The translations under genes and the position numbers were made by a program. A stretch of 64,000 nucleotides of DNA from Nageia nagi (lineage: Eukaryota; Plantae; Pinophyta), in NCBI GenBank assembly GCA_050084985.1, contig JBITNC010000001.1, positions 15,934,001 to 15,998,000 of the forward strand, read 5' to 3'. Each line of letters begins with the position of its first letter. The stretch's first letter is position 1. Shown here piece after piece: positions 42,597 to 54,692 of this stretch. The notes beneath the pieces were generated by a model, which saw only the letters and a program-made list of their open reading frames with translations, was not told the DNA's origin and did not search any database.

Positions 42597-43397
42597 ACCT
42601 GAATCCTAAACCCCTAAATCTTAAACCCCTAAACCCTAAACCTCTAAATTGTAAACCCTATACCCTAAAACTTAAACCGTATACCCTATACCCTAAATTC
42701 TATATCATAAACCCTATATCTTAAATTTTAAACCCTAAACTCTAAATCTTATATCCTATACCCAAAACCCTAAACATTAAACCATAAACCTTAAACCTTG
42801 AATCATAAACCCTAACCCCAAAATCCTAAACCTTTAACCCTAAATATTAAACCCTAAACCTTAAACCCTATATCTTATACCATATACCATTACCCTAAAT
42901 CCTAAATCAAAAATCATAAACCCTAACCCAAAAATCCTAAACCTTTAATCCTAAATATTAAACCCTAACCCCAAAACCCTAAACATTAAATCATATACCC
43001 TAAACCTTAAATCCTAAATCATAAATCCTAACCCCAAAATCTTGAACCTTTAACCCTAATAGTACACCTTATATCCTAAACCCTAACCCTAAAACCATAA
43101 ACCTTTAACCCTAAATATTAAACCCAAAACACTATATCCTAAACCCTAAACTCTAAATCATAAACCCTAATTCCATAATTCTAAACCTTAAACCCTAAAT
43201 GTTAAATCCTAAACCCTAAACCCTATAACTTAAACCCTATATCCTACAACTTAAACCCTATACCCTACAACTTAAACCATATACCCTAAATCATAAACCC
43301 TAACCCCAAAACCCTAAACCTTTAATCCTAAACATTAAACCTTAAATCCTAAATATTTAACCCTAAACCTTATATCCAAAACCTTTAACCCTAAACT
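42597..43397 (+). repeat. Degenerate plant telomere-like array (mainly CCCTAAA) with higher-order units
   Basis: For example aaccctaaaccttaaaccctata; recurring tcataaaccctaaccccaaaatcctaaacctttaaccctaaatattaa. Confidence 0.9.
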
Positions 43398-43492
43398 ATT
43401 ATTTTTTATTTTATTGATTAATGTTGAAGTATGTAAGTGACTTCATTATCAATATTATCATTGGCTTGGTGATCAATATGTGGAGGGTTATA

Positions 43493-45010
43493 ATGATTGA
43501 TGTTTCATCAAATGATGATCCTATACCATCATTAATTCATGAGAGGAGGATAGATATTTCATCATCAGATGATGAAGACCAGATTGATGAATATTATACA
43601 ACACCAAAAATTCATCTTAAGAGAACATATATATCATAGAATGAAAATGAGGTATATATCATGAATCAATAGTCAATTTTTATTAGATATGTAGCAATGT
43701 AAGATCAATTAAATTATCATGTTGATGATATTATATGCAATATTTAACTAGTTAATATTATGGCTAATGTTATTAGATTGTCTCCCATATTCATATTCAA
43801 AGGATGATGATGATCGTGAGGTAATTAATTAGCATGAATGACTATTTAATTTTATTTTCAAATTATTCATGAATAATTATCTTATCTATATTGATGTTTA
43901 TATTAGGCTTAATGAAAACTCTTATTAACCATAATTAAGTCTTCAATTGGAAGAGATAAAGTATCCATAGAGTTGTACACAACAAGATGTGCATTTCCAT
44001 AAATTGAACCAATGGATGATAATGTGATATAATGATTTAGTGATGTTATTACTCTTTATTATAGGGTATTTGTTGTATGTGGGTGTTCAATATGTAAGGA
44101 TTGGAAAAAGAATAGAAGGGAAGATGTATAAATACATTATTATGATGTTGATGTACCAAATATAGAGGGAGCATTACTTCCTACAGTTAGGAAAGATCTC
44201 ATTGGTCCAGTTGAACCTACTAGATGTGTTAAACATCTAAAAGAGAATGTTTCATTTAAAATACAAAAATATGTAGATTCATCGGATGAAGATAGAGCAA
44301 AACTATGTACAATAATAAGAAATGAAGGATGATTTCACCTATTGCTACCAAATGTTGAGCCACTTGAGCTACCATATGAGAGTGTTGGTGATTTGCATTT
44401 ATAACCTAATTATGTGCATTTATATAAGTCTACCTATGAATGTAAGGCACATGGTACATGGTCAATCGAAAAATATTTTCCAAAAGGTTATGAACAGTTC
44501 ACTTGTTGTGCTAATTCATAAATGATCAAACCTTCTAATCTACATAATGTAGGCATGGGTTGTTTATATTACCAAATGTGTGAGTTCATCCATATAGTGA
44601 AAAAGAACCATTGATGCCATTTTATGGGATAGGTTACAATATAACATATTAGAGGATATTAGCATATATTATTCAGTATGGCTAAATATGGTATGAGTGG
44701 AAATCAACATCAAAAAAAAAAGATTTAGGATGTTTGTACATTGATGGCCAACCAAAGACACATGGAACATTGCATGATATATAAACAGATCCAAAGGCAC
44801 CAAAAGTCTAGCAAATTGTATTTTTATAGAATATGCAAATGATATTTTGACTTTATGCCTAGAAAAATGAGAACTTTTGTAGGTGTATATCCTATTGTAA
44901 CTCTTTCCCCTAGTGATGAGATCTTAGTACACTACAATATCAATAAATTTATTCTAACACATAAGAGATGTATGGATTTAGAAGATCCAAATGTATTTAT
45001 TAAACTATGA
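43493..45010 (+). pseudogene. CACTA-borne SET-domain gene: acidic 5' exons plus a long exon (44065-45010) with CxCxxC and SET
   Basis: Manual translation: VFVVCGCSICKDWKKNRREDV*IHY ... MIKPSNLHNVGMG/LFILP..EPLMPFYG..KYGMS..LYIDGQPKTHG/NIA*YINRSKGTKSLANCIF..FVGVYPIVTLSPSDEILVHYN. SET motifs I-IV occur in order. Confidence 0.75.
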
Positions 45011-46843
45011 CAAAAACATCAAAATAATGGATATTATAGTAGAAATTGAATAATATTATAGTAGGAATGTAGTTATGACTCTCTATGTTACTTGCTAGTT
45101 TTTTGAAGAACCTCAATGGAGGTTACTTGTTGAAGAACCTGACTATTGGAATTGCTACTAAATTTTTACTTAAACTCATGTACTTGTTAAAATAATTAAC
45201 AAATACTTATTGGATATTGCAAATAATGATGTAATGGACATGCATTGATTTTCCCTCAGCATTATGATATATGAATAGAAATATAATTTATTGATGTATT
45301 ATAATAATAATTTTTTAATCATACACTTGTTATAACTTGTTTACATATTAAATTAAAATATTATATTTTATAATTATATTAATTATTTGTAATAAATAAT
45401 TTCACAGGCACATCATACTACAACAAATACATAAGATAAGTCAAATACAATATCATATATGTCAATCCTACATCAAAAAAATATTCATTGGAAAAAAGGA
45501 AGCAACAAAAAAACTTATTAAGGATGCATATGTAGAATTCATGAAAAACCCAAATCCAAAGCTCTTGTTCATATAGTCATGAATTTAGATAGTGATAATG
45601 ATGAAAGATAATATAATGCTCATGATCAATAGCAAAGTGTAATGCATGGTTTATTAAAATCAATCTATACACATGAAAATGATGATATATACATGACTAA
45701 TAGTCCTCATACACATGATGATGTAAAAGAAGGTAATTTTGAAAATGATAGCATATATATTATTGTCAAAACACCTTTATATAAAGAAGCATGTATTTCC
45801 AAGTTGGAAGTGATCCTACTTCTCATGAATATAAAAGCCAAAAATGGATGGTGAGATACAAGTGTCAATGATCTTTTGAACATATTTTTTTATTTTACAA
45901 TTTTTTAATTTCTATAAATTTATAGGATATTTTTTTCATTATTTATTATTTGTATAATAATTCTATTTATTGTTTGTATTATAGGTTACTAAATGAAAAG
46001 TTGCTTCTAAGTGATGATGTCATCCCTTCTTCATGTAGAAAGGTAAAAAACAATTTGAAGGATGTAGAGGTATCATTTGTTTCATACCATGCTTATATTA
46101 ATGATTTCATATTATATAGAGGACCATATGAAAAATTGATTATATGTCCAATGTTTGGTGTAAATAGATATCATTTAGTAACTACAGGGAATAATGTTCC
46201 TCAAAAAAAATTTCACCATCTTCCACTTATCCATAGATTCATTATAATGTATAAGTTCACTTGCACAATATATAGATTGGCATACAAAAAATATAAGTGA
46301 AGATTTTGTATTACTATTCCTAAATATTCTAGAGTAATGAAACATATAGAAAATATGTGGCTTGATAAATTTCGAGATGAACCTAGGAGTATTAGTTTTG
46401 GGTTTAGAAATTGATGGTATAAATCCACATTCCATACAATCATATAATTATTCAGTATGGCTATTTTTATAATTAATTATAACATATCTCCATGGATTTC
46501 CCTAAAAAAGAATATTTGTTGTTAACTCTCTTAGTTCTTGGACCACATAAGGTAAAAAATATAGATGTCTTCTTTGAACCATTAATTAATGAATTGATGC
46601 AATTATGGAATGAAATTTAGAATATGATTGATATAAGTAGACCAATACAACAAACATAATTCACATTACATGGCATACTATGTTGGACTATACATGATCA
46701 TCCAGATCTTAGTGTTTATTCAGGTATTTATATATAATCTTGATTACATTTTCATGTATAATAAAATAATATCTTGTAAATATTTAATTTTCTTTTACTA
46801 GATGGTAATATGTTCTATAATAAAAATGTATTGCAAACCTTTG

Positions 46844-48007
46844 TGTATGTCAAAATTTGTGCTATATGTGTCTCAACAAGAATAAACTAGTTAAATTCAC
46901 ACACAAATCTTCACTTGCATAACCATGCTTTACTAAATATGCATTCACTAAAAACTTAGGTAAAGATAGATTCAAATCTTGAAATATGGAACTCAAAACT
47001 TGCAATAATATAAAGAAACCCTAAATGCATCTAATGGGAAGAGTAGCCTCCTAACCTAAGCCCTTTAAGGTACCTAGGAGAGCTTGGAGTGACTTTCTTC
47101 ACTCCAAAAAGCATGTGAGCTCCTAATCCCTCAATTCATTGAGAACATAAGAAATTTGTATGCCTATTATGCAAATGATTAGGTCTATGTGTTCCTAATA
47201 CAAATTAAATGGTAGATTCAAACAATGAGTGCAATCTTTACATGTATCAATGACAAAATGCAAGATCTAAACCTTTAAACTTTCAAAAACTTCAAATGAT
47301 GCAAACATAAATATCTTTAAATATCCTTGAATCAAAGCGATTCAAGGATACCCACAAGATCCTATGAGTCTTAACAAGGTGTATTTATGATACTATGGAT
47401 TCAAATAATAAATCTAGTGGTGGAAATGCGAGTTATCATGAATTTAGCCTATACATCATACTACATGCAAATAATTTGTGCTGGATACAATAGTTAGGTA
47501 GATCCAAGCTCCTCCAATGGTTGAATGAGCTCCAAATCCTACAAAAACCTTGAGCATACAAGTATATTTGCAATTTGAAGTGAGTTTTGTAAAAATAATA
47601 CTACCACAAGTATGGTAGCATGAAGATCCTTAACTTGTGATGATGAAAGATCCTTCAAAAGCATGTAACCCTTGAGAAATTCTTCAAACCCTTTCGCAAT
47701 CTTGGAGCAATAATTGTGAGAGAAAAAATCATAAGTGGGCATAGGAGTAAATGAGTCAATAATTGATTAGAGTTTTAGAATTATAATTTTCCATTGATTT
47801 ATATACCTCCTTTGTAACTTAAGTGAATATAGCTAGTTACCCACTTTTGCAACCTTTTATATTAAAGTCACCTTTTGCTCTAATTTGGACTTTTGAGTAG
47901 TTTGATTTTGCATAATAAACATTAAGGTTAAATAAATAATGCATTACAACATGTCAATGTTATAAAAACACATCTACTTGAAAAAGTGTTATTTTTTAGT
48001 GTCTATA
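46844..48007 (-). mobile_element. Solo LTR of the Gypsy family seen at 5446-6598
   Basis: Perfect TSD CTTTG (46839-46843, 48008-48012); full-length similarity to 5446-6598; inserted at the start of a Tnp2 exon. Confidence 0.92.
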
Positions 48008-49509
48008 CTTTGTACAAAAGGATATCATGCTTATCGATGGTGTGCATAAAATCCCACAATAAGATATTCAAAACACTTGCAGAATATGGAATACCTTGGC
48101 CATAGAAAATATTTATCATTGGACCATGAGTTTTGAAATATGAAATCATAATTTAATGGTAATACGGATCACACCCTAACTCTCAATTATGCATCTCCTA
48201 TTGATTGGTTGGAAAAGTACCAAGAAAGTGAATAAATATATTGGAAAAGAGCCTTTGACGAAGGTATTGCTGAAGACAGAGGATGTTGTTGTTCACAAAT
48301 ATTACTTACCCTAAGATGAAATTAACAAAATATTATATCAATATATTTTTTTTATTTGAAAAAATACATGTTTGTAATATATCAATTTCATTATTTTATC
48401 AATTAAATGATTAATTTTACATATATTTTCAGGTATGAATAGACTATCAATATTTTGTAAATTGGATTACTAGAAGGACTTGTTAGTGATACATTTATTG
48501 GATCATATGCATATTATAAAGAATGTTGCATCTTCTTATATCTATATACAACAAAGAATCATACATCATTCAAGTGATATATAACTTAAAGGCCAACAAA
48601 ACAAAGTGTGCCCTTTGGGTAACTAAAAATTCAAATGGAACAACAAATGTAGCTACTCCAGCCTCATGGATTATGACTAAAGATGAAGTGAACATTCTAC
48701 AAAATCTTATTAAAACCATTAAAACACCAATAGGATATGCATCATCTCTAAGAAAACCATTCACTATTGATGAAAAAATGACAAGATTAAATTATCATGA
48801 TTATCACAATGTGTTAAAGGTATTCTTGTATTATATGTACATCAAAATCCTTATATATTTGTATTAATATATATTTTATTCATCTATATATTTATTAATA
48901 TTATTTTTTTACAAATTATTTTTCCACTTACAATTCATGAATGTGTGAGTTTACCTTCTTATCTAAGATATGCAGTTGGTCAACTATCATTATTTATAAG
49001 GTATTTCATGTTATTTATGATACTACTCAATAAGAAAATATAGTGTGTTTATTGTTATTTTCTAGTTTTTTATACATGTTGACATATGATGATTTTAATT
49101 ATATTTTCATAAATAGATGGTTAACTTCAAAGGAAATACATATGAATGAAATCCCTAGATGAAATAGAGAAATTGTTGAAATTATTTGTAAATTTGAAAA
49201 AGAAATTTATGTTGCTTTTATGGACATTCAAGTGCACCTATTGATCCACCTAGTAGATGATACTAAAATAGTAGGTGTTATAAGTACTAGAAGCATTTTT
49301 TTTGTGGAGAGATTTTTAAAAGTACTAAAAGAATTTATTAGACAAAAATCAAGACTAGAAGGATCTATGTGTGAAGGATACATTGTACTAAAGTCTTTTT
49401 TTATGTAAATTTCTATCTTAAATTCATGATTCATCCCCAATGATATGGTTTCAAGTAGATAAATACATAAATAAATTAGAAGGGAAGGTTTTAGAAACAA
49501 ATGAGAGAC

Positions 49510-51866
49510 TCAATGGAGGGGATAGGGTATGGAAGAAAATAATATAGTACAATGGAAGAAGTGATAACAAATTGGATAAAAATGATATGTATCTGAGCTG
49601 AAAAACACGTGAGAAATGTATTACAAGCCCATTATCATTGATAATTATAGAAGCAACGTAATAGTAGAATTTTTTAACAAAAGGAAAGTGAAGCATGAAT
49701 AGTCTTAAAATTAATATATGTAAGGGATAAGGAGAACATAGGGGATAACATATTAAAAAATAAAAATGTAAAGCCTATTTAAAAGTTGAATGCCATATAA
49801 ACCATGCCTCAAATTTTGATGAGGGAGGGATTAAAAGTTGTAATAAAAGTTTAGGTCATTAATATGATGGAGAGAAGTGCAACATGTAACCTAACTTAAC
49901 ACAAACTAGATGATGAGGCAACATACAAGAATGAATGAAGATTTATGGGGATTAGCATCTAATGGATTAGGAATTATCAAGGGTGGTACTTACAGAGGAT
50001 AGGAAGAAAACCAACATTACATCATAAGTGGCGATGGGTGGAAGCCACAATCCTCAATTTGGAAAGTTCCATAGTAGTTTTATGGGATAGTAGATAATTA
50101 TTTTAGCCTGATTTGGAAGAATGAGAGGTGAATTGGTGAAAATAGAGCCAAAAAATATAGAGCTAGTAAGGAAGAATGCTACAGTTTAGAATATTTTATG
50201 TGAAAGGGGCCTAAGGGATTTTATGGAAGCCTACAAAGGCTTTGATTTGAGCCTCTCATTAGAAGTAGCCAAAAAATGGGCAAATTATCATTGTAAGATT
50301 AATTCAGTCACCCATGATTTTAGTTGTAAGGCAATGATAAAAGTAATCCACATGTTAAATCAAGGAGAGAAAATTAAAAGGGAGTCTAAGTTGAGAAAAT
50401 TGGAGGAGATCTTTAAGTTTAGAAAGCAAGTGGAGGACTTTGTGAAGTTGGGACCAAGATTTGAGAGGAAAAGCCTACCAAATCCCTAGGATGAAGTTGT
50501 GAGGGCTATAATGCATTATGTAACACTTGAGGGGCATCATAAAGTGGTATATACTTACCACTTTAGGATTTTGGACCATTTCAAAATTAAAGGGGAAAGG
50601 TCAAATTTCCTTTCTTTATTTGCCATTCATTGGAGGTATCTATTAATAGATGCAAAGGTAAGATAAATGTTATCCCATTGCATCAATCTATTATCAAGTT
50701 GTTGTATGATGTGGCTAGGTATAAATAGCCTTAGAGAAGCTTGAGAAGGGGAATGGAGTTGCATGCAAACATAAGCTCTCGAAGGATAAATAATGGTAAT
50801 ACTAAGGCTATGTCAAAAAAGGAGGAGGATAATGTAGGTAAAGAAAATGAGTTTGAACCCCTTGAAGTAATGAACGATGAGGAAGTTGTTGATCTTTTTT
50901 TGGGGATAAGGAGAGATGGGGTGTCAAGAGAAGAAGAATGAGAACCTCTAGTTCAAAAGCTAAGGTGGTGGAAGAAAATTGGGGAGGGATGGCTATAAGA
51001 ATAAGGTACCAGAAAACTATAATGGCTAAATAAGATAGTAAAAAGGTGGAGAGTAATATAGGAAAAATAATGTAGAGGAGAGTGCTGAACATAATGGAAC
51101 CTCTAGTAATTCAAGCTTGCCAATAATAACAAAGGAGGAAATGCAAGCTCTCACATAAGCAACAACAACCAAAAAGGTGTAGAGAAGGGTGAGGACTCAA
51201 AGAGTGGAGGTGAATGAATCATTCAAAATGGTGTGCATTATAGTTTTAGGAAAGAGAGGGGTGAAAGCCATCCTAATCTTGATGCTAAAATCTAAAGCCA
51301 TGCATAATAAAATACTACTCAAAGCAATCACAAAGAAAGGAGAGCATAGCAAGCATTATGAGATGGTGTAGCTAGAAATTCCTCTTGCATTCCTCATAGA
51401 GGGAAATTCATACATGGAGATCTACAAGAAAAACTTCTCTAACTTGGCCTTTAGATTCAAAATGGACAATGATATGATCCTCATCTGACTTGGTGTTGGT
51501 TTCATTTAGGAAGTCGTGATTTGTTGTGTTTCTTGCTATGTCTTTGTGGTAATAGGTGAAAGGTGATGTCTTTAATTTTAGGTGGGTATAAATGATTTTT
51601 TGGTTATTTATGCCTATTTTTTTAGACCCTTATCTGATTTGGTAAGTGGTACACCATAGGCTATGTATTTTGTAAGTTTATGAAAGGTAAGAGGAGAGTG
51701 CATGCTTCACTTTGATGGAAAGGGACATTTTTTTGCAAGTACGATTTGTAATTATAGTCTCTAGTTGATATTATATATTCCTACTTTGAGAGGCTAGTTG
51801 ATGTAAAGATGCTAGGAGCTTGATAATCCCTCTTTGTTATTAATATAATTTACCATTAATAAAAAA
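49510..51866 (+). mobile_element. 5'-truncated non-LTR (LINE-type) retroposed insert, 2.36 kb
   Basis: 17-bp TSD AGAAA[C/T]AAATGAGAGAC (49493-49509, 51867-51883); ends in ATTAATAAAAAAA; Tnp2 sequence resumes afterwards. Confidence 0.8.
50121..51370 (+). pseudogene. Extra ORF of the retroposed insert (plant transposon protein / Transposase_32-like, tentative) with a charged low-complexity tail
   Basis: MRGELVKIEP..GLRDFMEAYKGFDLSLSLEVAKKW..SLPNP*DEVVRAIMHYVTLEGHHKVVYTYHFRILDHF/..FPFFICHSL..PLHQSIIKLLY. The end is approximate. Confidence 0.55.
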
Positions 51867-53414
51867 AGAAATAAATGAGAGACCATATTCTTTTAATTAA
51901 GGTACTAACTAAATTTTAGATAATAGTAATTTATATAAGTAATATGTAGTTGTAATTTTGATTTAATCTAATCAATAGTTACTAACGAGTATATTTTATG
52001 TCATCATGAAATTACATATCATGACATGTATGAATTTGTAAACCATTTTATCATGATGAATATGGAATGTTGTAAAGAATGGATTGAATTGTATGATAGT
52101 AAAAGAAGTGCAATTCTAGCACAATGTGTCTTGTTTCATAGTGAAATTACAAGGAGTAAACCTCTACCTACACATCTAAGAGATGAAAAATGGTCAAAAG
52201 AGTATCCAAGGTCATGGATAAAATAAATAATTGAAGAGAAATTAGTTAAAGGTGCAGAAGAAAAGACCTATAAAGATGCTTTAAATATGGCTGACAAATG
52301 TAATTATGAGATAATTATTCATTTATTCATATGCATCTAAGTTTAAATATTTTTATAATATAGTTATAATTAATATAAATATAATGATTGCACTAATAAC
52401 ATTTATATGTAAGTGTGTGTAGGCATTATCTTTCTCTGCAATGTGGGCATATGGTCAACAGTTCAAAAATGAAAAAAAAAATATGAATAAACTGATATTT
52501 GATTGTGGATTCATGGTTGATTTCGACCAAGCAAGTCATGCAAGTACAAAAGATACAAACTTGATAGAAGAAAAAATACAATATGTTAGACAAATTCAAG
52601 AAATCTTACAATTGAATTTTAGATCATTCAAGTTTTTAGTATTTAAATGTAAAAGGGTCAAATGATTTGTAAATATATTAACAATTTTGCAATATATTCC
52701 TAGTGGTTTTTTATGCAATTGAATCCACATGATATTTACCTCAAGAAAAAGAGCCTTATATTTTACCACAATATTGCAATCAAATATTTTTATTTCCATA
52801 TGTATTGGATGAAAATATGTAGTTTGTAATTGATTGTGATCCTAGAGGGAAACATGTTATACATCTTATTGATGAAGACAATAATGATGATTAAAATATT
52901 ATATTTGATGAATTAAGCATTATATATTTTAATTGCAATATTTTTATAGCTATTATGTAATTTGTAGATTACATTTTCATTTTAAATATTTACAAAGATA
53001 AACCATTGAAAATTAACATATGATCTAAAAAATCTCTTGTTAACATATAATTTGTTATGGTATATTATGTTATATTGTTCTAATAATTAAGCTCATCTTT
53101 GCCATAAATTACCGCTTAGACTTTCCAAAATTATATGTCTATATCTCCCTGATGATTTGATCTTTAATGATGATATGGATGTCATACATATAAATAGATG
53201 GGGCAATCTATCATAGGATTTGCCTTGGAAATCATAACCACTAACCCTACAACCAAAACCAAAATTGCCTCCATCATCACCACTTTGCCTCCTTGTCCCT
53301 ATTATGTAGAGAATCCAACACCATGTCAAGATATAGGCTCTTCTATATTAGAATAAAAAGCAAAAAATATGCAATCTAGATATGCAAATCATGAAGAAAA
53401 CCCATAATTATGCA

Positions 53415-53650
53415 CAATACAACATCAAATAAAACATCACATGAAACATCAACTTAAACATCACATAAAATGTCAACTTTAGAGTAAAAAGTCGCATAAA
53501 ATATCAAAGAAAAGTTGCATAAAATATCATCAAATGAATTTGACATGGTTTGATGCAAACATTCCATATGATGATGTAATATATGTTATGGCATCATAAA
53601 ACTAATTTTTGATGCATATTTCAATGTAAAATGGCTAAAATGTAGTAGTG
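53415..53650. repeat. CACTA right subterminal repeats and TIR
   Basis: Repeated AAACATCAC/AAATGTC/GTCGCATAAAA units; similar units at ~36580-36960. Confidence 0.7.
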
Positions 53651-54692
53651 GAGCTTGCTTGAGACCATACAAGGCCTTCTTTAAATTATACATAAGATTT
53701 TCCTTACCTTTTACCTCAAAGCCTTTGGGTTGTGCAACATAGACCTATTCATACAAATATACATTGAGAAATGCACTTTTAACATCCATATGATTCACTT
53801 GCTAACCTTTGTGTGCAGCTAAGGAAAGGTCCAATTTGATTATATCTTACCTTGCTACAAGGGCAAAGGTTTCTTCATAATCTATACCATACCATTGGGT
53901 GAAGCCCTTAGCCATAGGCCTTGCCTTGTGTCTTTCAATGCTCCAATTAGCATTGTATTTGGTATTATATACCCATTTGAAATAAACATAGTTTTTGCCT
54001 TTGGGAAGCTCCATTAGCTCCCTAGTAATTTTTTCTTCCATTGCCTTCAACCAAAAATCATTAGTGCAATCTTGATCATAGTTATATGGTTCAATTTCTA
54101 CACTAGTTATCAATGCATAATTAACTACACAATCTTTGGGTTCATGATCATCCTCATCACCATACATTTTCAAATTTTCAAACCTCTTTATGACTTGATC
54201 AAGTTCACTTTCTTGGCTCCTAGTGAATCTCCTTGAGAAATTTTGATCCAACATTTGATTGTATGGATGGGCTTGAAGTGTTATTTTACCTTTCTTTGGT
54301 ACACTTGAAATGTCTTCTTCCATGGGAGTGAATGAAGGACTTGGAGTGTAATAACTTGGTTTATTGTTATGATCAATATACTGCACTTTAGAGGAGTTAT
54401 CACCATTGGATCCATCATCAACATAGAGTGTTTTATGACCCTAGGCTTCCCCTTCATAGATAATTACATATCTCAACAATACAACCTTATGTATTTTGAA
54501 TTACACAATCTATATACCTTGGTTTTCTTACAATAACCAAGAAAAATACATGCTTAACTCTTAGAGTCTAATTTTCTCCTATTTTCATTAAGAATGTTAG
54601 CATAAGAAAGATAACCAAAAACTCTAAAATGCTTTGCATTAGGATTTTTATCATACCATGCCTCATAAGGTGTGATGCCTTCCAATCTTGGA

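Larger units (their letters stand above)
45408..52850 (+). pseudogene. Tnp2 (TnpD-type) transposase, multi-exon, with Transposase_21, DUF4218 and DUF4216 regions; interrupted by two inserts
   Basis: SYHAYINDFILYRGPYEKLIICP; GLEIDGINPH; NIDVFFEPLINELMQLW; CWTIHDHP; CTKGYHA; LDHMHIIKNV; KTPIGYASSL; VHLLIHLV..FFVERFLKVLK..EGSMCEGY; YVRQIQEILQLNF..VFKCK. Confidence 0.92.
36472..53650 (+). mobile_element. Complete CACTA (En/Spm) DNA transposon, 17.2 kb including nested inserts
   Basis: TIR CACTACTACATTT...AAATGTAGTAGTG (13 bp perfect, extendable with mismatches); 3-bp TSD GAG; subterminal AAACATCA-type repeats at both ends; Tnp2 transposase. Confidence 0.95.

Noticed and set aside
42527-42724. 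ORF with LNPKP repeats
   Set aside because: It is a translation of the telomeric repeat array.
39405-43397. True chromosome end or telomere fusion site
   Set aside because: The arrays are degenerate, co-oriented and enclosed within intact CACTA TIRs and TSD.
44322-44525. 67-aa ORF from the track as the real product
   Set aside because: It is in a different frame from the CxCxxC-SET reading, which holds one frame from 44066 to ~44560.
53093-53329. Minus-strand ORF or MVLDSL motif as a Ulp1 protease remnant in the CACTA
   Set aside because: No catalytic His/Cys context is recognisable and there are many stops, so there is too little support.
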